A stretch of DNA of 64,000 nt from Thermoleophilia bacterium (GCA_040772905.1 JAXGXJ010000015.1:465-64464), one strand, 5' to 3'; numbered from the stretch's first letter, positions 1 to 9,050 are shown. Numbers and translations are program-made. The notes: generated by a model not told the origin, from the sequence alone.

Positions 1-1646
1 TCCTCTTCCAGCTTGGTGTTCACCGGCAGGATGATGTCGGCCAAGAGAGCGTCGTTCTCGAGCCAGGGATGCTGAGCCCACATGAACTCGATGTCGGGAT
101 GCTGCATGGCCCGCACGTAGTCGTTACCGGCGTTCCAGCAGGTGATCCAGGAAGGAGAGTCGGTCCACACAGCGTGGATCTTGGAGCAATCCGGGTTGGG
201 ATAGATGCGCTTGACGAACTGGTCTTCGCGCGGCGCTGTCTCCGATTCGCAGCCGTACCATTCGCACTCGCCCTCGAGGATGGCCTTCGGGATGAAGGTC
301 TTCGGCAACGAAGGATAGTGGCTGTCCGACGGATGGCCGCCGGTGTACGCGGTGCGCAGGTTGGGCACGCGCAGCGGCTTGGGCTGAGCGTACTGATCGG
401 GGAAGTCGAACAGACCCCACTCGATCATCTTCACCTGGTTCTGGCCGGGTTTGCCCAGGCCCTGCATGGCCAGGCAGATGCCCTGCAGACGGGCAGGCTC
501 GGTGGCGTACGGGCCGCGGATGCCGGGGCCGCCGTTGCCGATGACCACGCTGGTGCGTTTGGACGCCCATTCTTTGGCCAGAGCTTTGATGACCCGGGCC
601 GGAACGCCGCAGATGGGAGCCGCCCACTCGGGGGTCTTCGGCTCGCCGTCTTCCTCGCCCATGACGTAGGCCTCGAAGGCGTCCACACCCACGGCGTGGC
701 TCTCGAGGTATTCCTTATCATAGGTGCCGTCCTTGAACCACTGATAGCAGATGGCCAGGTAGAGGGCGGCGTCGGTGTTCGGCAGCACAGGGATCCACCT
801 GTCGGCGTGGACCGCGGCGGCGTAGTTGAGGTCGGGGCACACGTAGATCTGTTTGATGCCCAGTTCGGTGTACCAGTAGCTGAGGCGGCTGGGCAGCTGG
901 CCCTGCCAACCCCACGGGGTGGTCTCCTGGTCGCAGCCCCAGAAGAGCAGCAGTTCGCAATTCTCGGCCACATCATAGAGCAGGTTGCTCTGCTTGCCCT
1001 GACCCACCGGCTCACAACCCCAGAAGTGCTTGCTACCCCACCACCAGCCTTCCCAGCTGTCCGGCTGCCTGATCTGGAGGGTGTAACCGCCCCAGAGCGG
1101 GAGCAGCTTACGGCCGGCGCCGTGGCAGGCCTGCACCACTTTGTTCTCGCCGTGCTGGTCGCACTGGTAGAGAAGCGCGGTGGGACCGTAGGTCTCTTTG
1201 ATGCGGTTCATCTCGCCGGCGATGATGTCCAGCGCCTCGTCCCAGGAGATGCGCACGTACTTGCTCTTGCCGCGGTTCTGGACGTTGCGGCCGCCGGGGC
1301 CGGTTGAACCGGGAGCGCCGCTGGGATCGAAGTCCACCCTCTTCATGGGGTAGCGCACACGGGCTGGAGAGTACACGCGCTTCTTGTACGCGATGGAATA
1401 GGGCGGGATGAGCGTCTTCATGCTCGGCTCGAAGGTCGAGCCCCGCACTTCCATCTTCCAGGGGTTCATGTCCTTCTCGGGATCATACTTCCAGTCGTAG
1501 TGCATCGGACGGATGCGGATGATCTTGCCATCCTTGACGTCCACCATGGAAGCGTTCGACCCGTTCTCGGGCACGCCACAGAAGCTGATATCGCGTATCA
1601 GCGTCTTTTCGCCCGACTTCCCGTTCGGCGCGCGATCTTCCGCCAT
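1..1646 (-). CDS. Molybdopterin oxidoreductase alpha subunit, pyrogallol-phloroglucinol transhydroxylase (AthL)-like, partial (runs off the window start)
   Basis: Hand translation of the minus strand from ATG at 1646 (RBS AAAGGAGG 4 nt upstream) gives MAEDRAPNGKSGEKTLIRDISFCGVPENGSNASMVDVKDGKIIRIRPMHYDWKYD...PMKRVDFDPSGAPG...NVQNRGKSKYVRISWDEALDIIAGEMNRIKETYGPTALLYQCDQHGENK. The open frame was verified to position about 1080 by hand translation and assumed continuous to position 1. It is colinear with the N-termini of the complete alpha ORFs at 4317..6920 and 55397..58027. It is missing from the ORF track only because it has no stop inside the window. The plus ORF 69..1307 is its antisense shadow. 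Confidence 0.8.
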   Translation of the reverse strand, partial: MAEDRAPNGKSGEKTLIRDISFCGVPENGSNASMVDVKDGKIIRIRPMHYDWKYDPEKDMNPWKMEVRGSTFEPSMKTLIPPYSIAYKKRVYSPARVRYPMKRVDFDPSGAPGSTGPGGRNVQNRGKSKYVRISWDEALDIIAGEMNRIKETYGPTALLYQCDQHGENKVVQACHGAGRKLLPLWGGYTLQIRQPDSWEGWWWGSKHFWGCEPVGQGKQSNLLYDVAENCELLLFWGCDQETTPWGWQGQLPSRLSYWYTELGIKQIYVCPDLNYAAAVHADRWIPVLPNTDAALYLAICYQWFKDGTYDKEYLESHAVGVDAFEAYVMGEEDGEPKTPEWAAPICGVPARVIKALAKEWASKRTSVVIGNGGPGIRGPYATEPARLQGICLAMQGLGKPGQNQVKMIEWGLFDFPDQYAQPKPLRVPNLRTAYTGGHPSDSHYPSLPKTFIPKAILEGECEWYGCESETAPREDQFVKRIYPNPDCSKIHAVWTDSPSWITCWNAGNDYVRAMQHPDIEFMWAQHPWLENDALLADIILPVNTKLEE

Positions 1647-1685
1647 ACTGCCTCCTTTGCTTCTCTGCCTTCCTATTCCACTGGT

Positions 1686-1701
1686 CGGAATAGCTATTCC
1701 G
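1686..1701. promoter_or_regulatory. Perfect 16-bp palindrome CGGAATAGCTATTCCG, a candidate IclR-type operator in the promoter of the alpha-prime gene
   Basis: Read directly from the sequence. It lies 40 bp upstream of the alpha-prime start (1646) and 35 bp downstream of the iclR stop (1736). It is flanked by additional TATTCC / GGAATA half-sites (1674-1679) and a second AT-rich inverted repeat CCGTAATTGTACGG (1700-1713). Confidence 0.45.
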
Positions 1702-1735
1702 TAATTGTACGGATATCTATTGTGTCACCTTCGTA

Positions 1736-2584
1736 TCATGCAGTCAACAGAGTCGGGGGCATCGATCCGCTGGACCGGCTGAGGTTCCGGCTCAACGCAT
1801 CCGCGCTGCTCTTGACCGCTGCCGCCAGCCTCTGCCTGTCCTCGCCGCCGAACCGTTCCGCCGGTGCAACCACCGTGATGACGGCCCGCAGGTCACCGCT
1901 GGGCCCGAAGACGGGAGCCGAGACCGCACACACGCCCAGGTCCTGCTCCTCGAGGTCGTAGGCCAGCCCCTCCTCCGCCACCCGGCGCAACTCCCGACGC
2001 ACGACCTCAGGATCGGTCTTGGTATGCGGGGTGAGCTTCACCTGGCGCAGACGGCCCAGCAGTCTCTCCTGCTCCACCTCGGGCCGATAGGCAGCCAAGA
2101 CCTTCATGGCCGAGTTCGCCAGGTTGCGAAGCACCCGCCCCAGAGGCAGATTGGGCTTGAAGGGGTGCGACGTCGCCACCTGGTCCACCACCACTGCGCC
2201 GCCCTCCCCCTCCACGGCCAACTCCACCGTCTCCCCCGTGATGTGCGCCAGTTCCTCCACAAAAGCATGCGAAGAGCGGGCGAAACCCACGTTGGAGAGA
2301 CTCAGATAGGCCACCGGGATCATGGCGCCGCCCAGATGGTACAGCTCGGTCTGAGGATCGAAGGTGACAAAGCCCTTGGCTTCCAGAGTCCGGAGCATGC
2401 GATAGGCGGTGGTCTTGCATATGCCGGTGTGCTGCGCGATGTCGCGCAGACTCCATTCGGGATGCTCCACGTCGAACAGCGCCAGGATAGACAGGCCGCG
2501 TGCCAATGCCTGCACGTACAGGTCGCCGGCTTCCTCTCCGCTCCCGGTGGTGACGCTCCTCGGCCGTCCTCCGACCCTAACCAT
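1736..2584 (-). CDS. IclR-family transcriptional regulator
   Basis: 282-aa ORF. It has an N-terminal HTH (LSILALFDVEHPEWSLRDIAQHTGICKTTAYRMLRTLEAKGFV) and a C-terminal IclR effector-binding domain pattern. Confidence 0.85.
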   Translation of the reverse strand: MVRVGGRPRSVTTGSGEEAGDLYVQALARGLSILALFDVEHPEWSLRDIAQHTGICKTTAYRMLRTLEAKGFVTFDPQTELYHLGGAMIPVAYLSLSNVGFARSSHAFVEELAHITGETVELAVEGEGGAVVVDQVATSHPFKPNLPLGRVLRNLANSAMKVLAAYRPEVEQERLLGRLRQVKLTPHTKTDPEVVRRELRRVAEEGLAYDLEEQDLGVCAVSAPVFGPSGDLRAVITVVAPAERFGGEDRQRLAAAVKSSADALSRNLSRSSGSMPPTLLTA

Positions 2585-2719
2585 GCGGTCCTCCGCTGTC
2601 GCGGGATATAGCAGACGGCGTGGCGGCGCTGCCGCTCACCATCTCCGAAATACCCAGACTCGGTCCACCTCTATCAGTGTAGCCTGCTTCCGCTGCCTGT
2701 CCAGCCGGACGGACGTGCG

Positions 2720-3280
2720 TCACCGCCCGGTGGCCAGCGTCTTGCCCGCTTCGTATGCCCGGATCTTCAGGCCGGCATCGCGGTCGGCGGTCTCCGGATC
2801 GTTGGCGTTGGTGCAGACGATGTTCTCCACCAACTCGAAGCCGAACCAGGGGAACATAGCCGCGGTGTACTCGAAGTACGATTCGAACAGGCGCGGGTCT
2901 TCCATGCCCTGTGTGTACACGGTGACCAGCTTCTTGTTGCCGAAACGAGGCTTCCACTCATTATCGGTGAGAGGGAAGAAGCGGTCGTACATGTTCTTCA
3001 CCGGGCCTGTCATCTGCATCATGTAGATGGGTGAGCCCACCACGACTGCGTCGGCCTTCATCACTTCTCTGACGGCCTCGCTCAACTCGTCATTGATGGA
3101 GCAGTCGTCTTTCATGCGGCAGGAGAAGCAGCTCTGGCAGGCCATGAACTTCATCTTGAACAGGGTGTGGAAATGGACCTGGGCTCCGTTATCCCGGGCC
3201 CCCTTGGTGATGAGGTTGAGCAGGGTGGCGGTGTTCCCGTCCATGCGCGGGCTGCCATTGAAGATGACGATCTCTTTCAC
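2720..3280 (-). CDS. NAD(P)H-dependent FMN reductase / flavodoxin-fold protein
   Basis: The ORF is 2720..3325. The likely true start is GTG at 3280, preceded by GGAAGGAAAGG at a 6-nt spacing. The protein begins VKEIVIFNGSPRMDGNTATLL, typical of SsuE/flavodoxin-like FMN reductases. Confidence 0.65.
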   Translation of the reverse strand: MKEIVIFNGSPRMDGNTATLLNLITKGARDNGAQVHFHTLFKMKFMACQSCFSCRMKDDCSINDELSEAVREVMKADAVVVGSPIYMMQMTGPVKNMYDRFFPLTDNEWKPRFGNKKLVTVYTQGMEDPRLFESYFEYTAAMFPWFGFELVENIVCTNANDPETADRDAGLKIRAYEAGKTLATGR

Positions 3281-3309
3281 GAGCGGCCTTTCCTTCCCGG
3301 GCCGACGAC

Positions 3310-3356
3310 CGGATACGAAGAACAACAGGGAGGGCTTTGGCCCGCAAAGCCCTCCC
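3310..3356 (-). terminator. Intrinsic terminator after the beta2 gene (12-bp GC stem 3328..3356 plus U-rich tail on the minus-strand RNA)
   Basis: GGAGGGCTTTG-gcccg-CAAAGCCCTCC is a perfect inverted repeat. On the minus-strand transcript it is followed by CUGUUGUUCUUCG. Confidence 0.6.
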
Positions 3357-3385
3357 CGAGGAGGATCTGATCGAGTCTTGAAGCC

Positions 3386-4267
3386 TCAGAGCTCGATGAA
3401 GCCCAAGTTCAGAGACTCATCTTTGAGAGTGACGGTAGTGGAGTACTTGCGGCCTCCGGCATCGACTTCCACCCTGTATTCGCCGTTGTTCAAACCGTCG
3501 AACTTGAACTCACCGAAGAAGTTCGTCGCCCGGGTGGCAAGGACCGAGGTGTCTTGACAGTTGGCTACGCCCGCGCCCGAGAGGGTGCAGGCGATGCCGC
3601 CCTCCTTGGAATGCAGGGTGACCGTCGCTCCCTCGAAGCAGTCACCGTCCACGAGCACGCCCGCGGTGATGAAGTTCTTGGTGAACTTGTACAGGTTCTT
3701 GTAGAGCGTACGCGGCTTGGTACCCAGCTCCGCCCGGTAGGCCTCCAGGCCCTCGGCCTGAATCATCTTCTCCATCTCTTCAGGCTCGACGAAGTAGGTG
3801 GCCATGGCATCGGTGGGGCAGGAATGCGTGCAGCGGGTGGTATGCGGCGTCCAGGTGGGGTCGTCGATGAGGTGCGCGCAGAAGATGCACTTCTGAGGCA
3901 ACTGGGCCTCTTCGTTCCAGAAGATCGCACCATAGGGGCAGCTGTCGACCAGGTCTTTGCGGCCCTTGGCCTTCTCCAGGTCGATCATGACGATACCGTC
4001 GGGGCGGTAGTAGATGGCGCCATCTGACGCTTCCACACACGGCGCCTCGGCGCAGTGCTGACAGGGCATGGGCAGATAGGCCACGTCGTTGCGGGAGTAC
4101 GTGCCGCGCTCGCGCCGCTTGATGTCCACCCAACGGTGGCCATGGCGAGGCTGGGCAGCGGTGTACCCTGGCCAATCGTTGTCGACGAACTCGTCTTTGT
4201 CGGCCATAAAGCAGTTGTTGCAGTCGTGACACTTGGCAACATCGATGACCTTGTACCATTGCTTCAT
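3386..4267 (-). CDS. Transhydroxylase-like beta subunit (BthL-like): 3x[4Fe-4S] ferredoxin domain plus C-terminal beta-sandwich domain
   Basis: True start is MKQWYKVIDVAKCHDCNNC (ATG at 4267; RBS AAGGAG 9 nt upstream), not the ORF start at 4354. It has Cys clusters CHDCNNC, CQHCAEAPC and CIFCAHL, and a C-terminal domain (EYRVEVDAGGRKYSTTVTLKDES) resembling the transthyretin/CarbopepD-like fold of BthL. Confidence 0.85.
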   Translation of the reverse strand: MKQWYKVIDVAKCHDCNNCFMADKDEFVDNDWPGYTAAQPRHGHRWVDIKRRERGTYSRNDVAYLPMPCQHCAEAPCVEASDGAIYYRPDGIVMIDLEKAKGRKDLVDSCPYGAIFWNEEAQLPQKCIFCAHLIDDPTWTPHTTRCTHSCPTDAMATYFVEPEEMEKMIQAEGLEAYRAELGTKPRTLYKNLYKFTKNFITAGVLVDGDCFEGATVTLHSKEGGIACTLSGAGVANCQDTSVLATRATNFFGEFKFDGLNNGEYRVEVDAGGRKYSTTVTLKDESLNLGFIEL

Positions 4268-4316
4268 TTCTGCTGGCTCCTTATCCATCATGCGGGACCG
4301 ATCGAAAGGTCCGCGA

Positions 4317-6920
4317 TCAGTCCATCTCGTAGATGCCGCCGTCCCACTTCTCAACTTCGATCTGCATGGTGTTCGGCGCCATGCCGCAGGCGTACTTGGA
4401 CATGTAGCGATCGGGTGACAGGATGTTCACGCATCCACCGCGATCAGCGGACTTGCCCGGAGTGCCCAGCGGGTTGTACTCAGCGCACGACTCGTAGGTG
4501 TGCACCGTGCCGGGCTGCGTCCTCTGCCCCACCTGGGCGCACAGGATGACGGAGCCGCGGTCGTTGTAGGCGCGCACAAGGTCGCCGTCCTTGATGCCAC
4601 GGGCATCGGCGTCGACCTTGTTGATCCTGATGATCCAGTAGTAGTGCCCATCCTCTTTGAGGACCCGATGGTCTTTGATGTCGTTCATGAAGCTGTCCTT
4701 GCCGTCACCCATGGTGTGGAAGGAGAAGCGGGGATGCGGAGCCAGCATGCCCAAGGGGTACTTCTTGGCCAACTCACAACGCGGACCCTCCCAGGCGGGC
4801 ACGTAGGTATGCATGGCGGGACGGTACTCGTCGACGAAGCCCTGCTCTTCGAAGTTCTTGAGGCTGGTGGAGATGAACTCGACCTTGCCCGTGCTGGTCT
4901 GCAGACCTTTGCGCCCCACCGAGTTGTTGAGACGCGGACCCCAGTCCGGGGTGTCCTTCTCGCGATCCTCTGCGAACCAGCGCAGAGCCGGGGTCTTCTT
5001 CCGGTTTGGGTTGTCCGGCACCACGAAGTACCCCTTCTCGAGGAAGTCCTCCCACGTCATATACTTGGGCATGTCGGTGGCGTGGTAGTACTGCTTGACC
5101 CAGTCGAGGTCGGTCTTGCCTTCGCTGAACATAGGGCCGATACCCAGCTTGTCGGCGATCATGCAGTATATGTCGTAATCCGACTTCGACTCGCCCACCG
5201 GCTCGATGCACTTCTTCTGCAGCGTGATCACGCGGTGGTTGGTCTGCTGGTAGTTGTCGGGGATGTAGCCCGAGCAGTTGGCGAACTCGGAGATGTCCCA
5301 GCGCTCGAAGTTGGTGCAGGCCGGCAGGATGATGTCGGCGAAGGGCACCTCACCCTCGAACCAGATCGACTGGCTGACGACGAACTCCAGGCTCGGATGC
5401 GTGTACATGCGGGCATAGCGGTTGGTGGCCGTCATGGTGCCGATCCACGGGCCGCCGTATTTCCACAGCATCTTGATCTTGGGATAGCCCGGAGCCGGAT
5501 ACTGATACTGATGGAACTGGGCCTGGATGTCGCTGCCGCAGAAGCCCTTGCCCGACCACTCGAACTTGCCGTCCATGATGCATTCCGGCACCTTCAGGCG
5601 CGGGATGTGCTGACCTGCGGCCGTGTTGATGTTGGAGGGCGACGGGAAAGAGGTCTTTCCGTCGAACATCCTCCAGGCGAACTTGAAGCCGGCGGCAGAG
5701 TTCTCGCAATCGCCGGAGATACCACCCTCGGCGTAGCCGGGGAAGTAGAAGTCGTAGTCGGTGGGCACACCCTGCGTGGTGGAGTAGATGTTCGAGCCCG
5801 GCTTGCCCATGCCCTGCATGGTTGCAAGCGCGATCATGCCGCGGGCCCACTCGACGCCGTGGGAGGCGCGGCAGGCTCCGCCCCAGCCGCCCAGACCACC
5901 GGCGGCAAGCATGGTCTTCTTCTTGCCCCACTCGCGGGCCAGGGCGCGGATCTCACACGCCGGAACGCCCGACTCGGCCTCGGCCCATTCACACGTCTTG
6001 GGCACACCGTCGGTCTTGCCGAGCACGTACTCAGACCACTCTTCGAAGCCGTGGGCGTGAGTAGCGACGTACTCTTTGTCGTACGTGCCCTCGGTGAGCC
6101 AGGTGTAGGCGATGGCGAAGGAAAGGGCGTGGTCGGTGCCGATCTTGGGCGAAAGCCACTTGTCGCCGATGAGGCTGGCCGTGTGGTTGTAGAACGGGTC
6201 GATGAAGACCATCTTGATGCCCAGGTCCTTCATCCAGTAACGCCGGACGGTGGACTCATGGGCCGAGTAGATGCCGGTGTTCACTTCGGGGTCGGACGAC
6301 CAGAACACGATCATCTCGGTGTTCTGCAGCGTGTCCTCGAGCAGGTCGTACTGCTCCGGGTTGCCGAGGCGCCAACTGAAGCCCCACATATGCATGCCGC
6401 CCCAGTGCCAGCCTTCCCAGCTGTCGGGGTTGTGGTCGGCGTAGGTGATGCCCACCATGTTCATGAAGCGGAAGTAGGTGCTGTGGCGGTAACCGACGTT
6501 GCCCCACATGTGGTGGGAACTGGGGCTGGTGAGGATGGCCGCGGGGCCGGCTTCGCGCTTGACGCGGTTGACCTCTGCCACCACGATGTCGGTGGCTTCA
6601 TCCCAGGAGATGGGCTCGTAGCCGGAGATGCCGCGGTTCTGGATGTTACGCTCGCCGTTGGGATCGAAGTCCACGCGCTTCATGGGCGTCATGATGCGCT
6701 TGTCGGAGTAGATCATGGACTTGAAGCCCGCGGTATAGACGGAATACGTGGTCTTGCGCGGCGGGGTGAAGGTCCTACCCCTCGCCTCGATCTTCCACGA
6801 GGGCGCGTCGACGGCGTCGTCGAAGTCCATCGGCGTGATCCTAATGATCTTCCCGTCCTTCACATAGACGAAGACAGGACCACCGGTGGATGAGTTGGTC
6901 AAGCGCACTACTTCGCCCAT
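4317..6920 (-). CDS. Molybdopterin (bis-MGD) oxidoreductase alpha subunit, pyrogallol-phloroglucinol transhydroxylase (AthL)-like
   Basis: 867 aa with no signal or TAT motif. It carries the MKRVDFDPNGERNIQNRG and DSWEGWHWGGMHMWG blocks shared with the two other alpha paralogues in the window. RBS GAGAGG is 6 nt upstream. Confidence 0.9.
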   Translation of the reverse strand: MGEVVRLTNSSTGGPVFVYVKDGKIIRITPMDFDDAVDAPSWKIEARGRTFTPPRKTTYSVYTAGFKSMIYSDKRIMTPMKRVDFDPNGERNIQNRGISGYEPISWDEATDIVVAEVNRVKREAGPAAILTSPSSHHMWGNVGYRHSTYFRFMNMVGITYADHNPDSWEGWHWGGMHMWGFSWRLGNPEQYDLLEDTLQNTEMIVFWSSDPEVNTGIYSAHESTVRRYWMKDLGIKMVFIDPFYNHTASLIGDKWLSPKIGTDHALSFAIAYTWLTEGTYDKEYVATHAHGFEEWSEYVLGKTDGVPKTCEWAEAESGVPACEIRALAREWGKKKTMLAAGGLGGWGGACRASHGVEWARGMIALATMQGMGKPGSNIYSTTQGVPTDYDFYFPGYAEGGISGDCENSAAGFKFAWRMFDGKTSFPSPSNINTAAGQHIPRLKVPECIMDGKFEWSGKGFCGSDIQAQFHQYQYPAPGYPKIKMLWKYGGPWIGTMTATNRYARMYTHPSLEFVVSQSIWFEGEVPFADIILPACTNFERWDISEFANCSGYIPDNYQQTNHRVITLQKKCIEPVGESKSDYDIYCMIADKLGIGPMFSEGKTDLDWVKQYYHATDMPKYMTWEDFLEKGYFVVPDNPNRKKTPALRWFAEDREKDTPDWGPRLNNSVGRKGLQTSTGKVEFISTSLKNFEEQGFVDEYRPAMHTYVPAWEGPRCELAKKYPLGMLAPHPRFSFHTMGDGKDSFMNDIKDHRVLKEDGHYYWIIRINKVDADARGIKDGDLVRAYNDRGSVILCAQVGQRTQPGTVHTYESCAEYNPLGTPGKSADRGGCVNILSPDRYMSKYACGMAPNTMQIEVEKWDGGIYEMD

Positions 6921-7132
6921 TCCTTACCTCTCTTTGCTCTTGTGCACATCCGGGGCCGCCCGTGCGTCGCTCCGCGGCACCGCGGTTAGAGCCGGCTTTC
7001 TGACCCTTCCATCTATCAATATACAAGCAGTCTCGGCGGGTTGCCCGCTCTCAGACCATGCTTGGCATCCACACTACGGGACTAAATACCGTCTGATGGG
7101 ATGGCTCGGGCGAGGCCCGAACTTGGGACCGA

Positions 7133-7972
7133 TCAGGCCTTCTCCAGCATGATGGTGCCCAGGTTGACGCTCTCGCCGGGGGTGACCGTGGCGCTGTAGG
7201 GCGCGTAGCCGTCGGCCTGCACCGTGACGGTGTATTCCCCTGCCGGCTGCAGCCTGTCTACCACGAACTCGCCGTAGTTGTTTGCCACACCCTCGCCCAC
7301 GACTTGGCCCACCGAGACGATGGTCACCTTGGCGCCCTCGGCGCACTCGTCGGTGTCCTTGAACACAGCGCTGCCCCCGATGAAGACCTTCTCCCACTTG
7401 TACAGGTTCTTGTACTTCACCCGCGGGTCGGTACCCAACTCGGCGCGGTAGTCTTCGAGGCCCTCCTCGTCTACGATCCTGGCCCATTCGTCATCGTCGG
7501 CCAATACCAGACGGATGGCGCCCGTGGGACACACCTGCGAGCAACGGGTCTCGGTCCAGCCTTGGTCGAGGAGATGGGCGCAGCCGTTGCACTTCTGCGC
7601 CACTTGGGCCTCTTCGTTCCAGTAGATGGCGCCGTAGGGGCAGGTGTCCACGATCTCGGGATGGCCTTTGGCCTTCACCGGGTCGATAATCACCAGACCA
7701 TCCGGGCGTCGGTAGACACTGCCGTCGGCGGACGCCTCGACGCAGGGGGCGTCGGCGCAGTGCTGGCAGGGCATGGGCAGATAGGCCACCTGCACGATGG
7801 GGTACTGGCCCCGCTCCTTGCGGTGGATGTTCATCCACCTGTGCCCCGACCACGGCTGTGCCACCGAGTAGGGCAGGAAGTCGTTGCCGACGAACTCGTC
7901 CTTGTCTGCCAGAAAGCAATCGTTGCAGTCGTGACAGCGGGCGACGTCGATGATCATGTTCCATTTCTTCAT
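7133..7972 (-). CDS. Transhydroxylase-like beta subunit (BthL-like), orphan copy located upstream of the alpha gene
   Basis: 279 aa, MKKWNMIIDVARCHDCNDC..., with the same Cys-cluster and C-terminal beta-sandwich architecture as 3386..4267 and 58024..58851. RBS GGGAGGG is upstream. Confidence 0.85.
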   Translation of the reverse strand: MKKWNMIIDVARCHDCNDCFLADKDEFVGNDFLPYSVAQPWSGHRWMNIHRKERGQYPIVQVAYLPMPCQHCADAPCVEASADGSVYRRPDGLVIIDPVKAKGHPEIVDTCPYGAIYWNEEAQVAQKCNGCAHLLDQGWTETRCSQVCPTGAIRLVLADDDEWARIVDEEGLEDYRAELGTDPRVKYKNLYKWEKVFIGGSAVFKDTDECAEGAKVTIVSVGQVVGEGVANNYGEFVVDRLQPAGEYTVTVQADGYAPYSATVTPGESVNLGTIMLEKA

Positions 7973-8019
7973 CTAGGGTGTCCCTCCCATGTCTCCTCCT
8001 GGATCAGGCTGTACCGTGC

Positions 8020-8058
8020 CGCGAAGAGCCCCCTCGGCCACCGAGGAGGCTCTTCGCG
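8020..8058 (-). terminator. GC-rich hairpin (11-bp stem CGCGAAGAGCC/GGCTCTTCGCG with a nested inner stem) between hbd-like and beta1; a probable terminator lacking a U-tract
   Basis: Inverted repeat read from the sequence, with coordinates accurate to about 2 nt. It is followed by a second small hairpin GTCAGaccacCTGAC. Confidence 0.45.
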
Positions 8059-8099
8059 AAGGTCTGAGTGGAAGTCAGACCACCTGACTGTCCGGCCGC

Positions 8100-9050
8100 C
8101 TACTTCTTGGCCTCCTGCGCCGCCACGCGGGCAAGGTAGTCGAGCAGGCGGTCACGAGTGGCCTGCATGCTCTCGGGAGTCCAGTCGTAGAACCCCTTCT
8201 GCGTCTTGAAGCCGAGTTCGTTGTTGTCGATCATCTGCTTCAGCAGCGGCGAGGGCTCGTGCGAATCCTCCAGGTACTTGAGCACGTAGCTGTGGATGGA
8301 GTACGTCAGGGGCGTACCCACCATGTCGGAGTTCTCCAGCGGGGCGAGGATGGGCAGCCTGATGCCGGGGCCGAACTTGAGGGCCTCGTCCACGGTAGCC
8401 GGATCGGCGATGCCGCGCTCGACGATGGAGATGGCCTCGCGCCACAGCGCGTGCTGCAGCCTGTTGGCCACGAAACCGGGTACGTCCTTCTTCACATCCA
8501 CGGGGTGCTTGCCCACGGCGCGCATGAGGTCCATGGTGAGGGTCACCACCCAGTCGGCGATGTCCTCGGTGCGCACGACCTCTACCAACGGGATGAGATA
8601 GGGCGGGTTCCACCAGTGCGTTCCGATGATGCGGTGGCGCCCCTTGGAGGTGCTGGCGATCTCGGTGATGCTCATGACCGAGGTGTTGGTGGCGAGCACG
8701 GTGTCGGGATCGGACTTCTCGTCCATCATGGCGAAGAGCTCTTGTTTGAGCGCCATGTCCTCCACCGCGCACTCGAGCACGAACTGAGCCCCGTCCAGGG
8801 CCTCGTCGTAGCTCTGCGTGGTGGTGATGCGGGCGATGGCGGGCTCGATGTCCTCCACCTTGCCCACGCCACGTTCGGCCAGGAAGCCCAGGTCGTGGCG
8901 GATGGTGGCCATGGCCTTGGCCAGGGTCTCCTGCTTGCGGCTCATGAGGTGCACGTCGTAGCCGGCCACAGCGAACACCTGGGCCGTGCCGTGCCCCATC
9001 ATGCCGCCGCCGATGATGGCGACCTTCTTGACGTCAGCGAGTGTTTTCAC
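8100..9050 (-). CDS. 3-hydroxyacyl-CoA / 3-hydroxybutyryl-CoA dehydrogenase (Hbd family)
   Basis: Rossmann motif VAIIGGGMMGHG plus the 3HCDH C-terminal domain. The ORF track starts at a TTG (9062). A GTG at 9050 overlaps the stop of the upstream SDR (GTGA coupling) and is more plausible. Confidence 0.8.
   Translation of the reverse strand: MKTLADVKKVAIIGGGMMGHGTAQVFAVAGYDVHLMSRKQETLAKAMATIRHDLGFLAERGVGKVEDIEPAIARITTTQSYDEALDGAQFVLECAVEDMALKQELFAMMDEKSDPDTVLATNTSVMSITEIASTSKGRHRIIGTHWWNPPYLIPLVEVVRTEDIADWVVTLTMDLMRAVGKHPVDVKKDVPGFVANRLQHALWREAISIVERGIADPATVDEALKFGPGIRLPILAPLENSDMVGTPLTYSIHSYVLKYLEDSHEPSPLLKQMIDNNELGFKTQKGFYDWTPESMQATRDRLLDYLARVAAQEAKK

Noticed and set aside
69-1307. 412-aa plus-strand ORF, and similar long ORFs such as 4500..6893 (+), 7304..8209 (+), 8259..9338 (+), 13581..15785 (+), 16126..17619 (+), 35665..36951 (-), 43454..44404 (+), 55478..57784 (-), 61293..62726 (-), 62708..63775 (-)
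   Set aside because: These are antisense or out-of-frame shadows of well-supported genes in a high-GC genome. Their translations are low-complexity and Arg/Ala/Gly/Pro-rich, with no recognisable domains.
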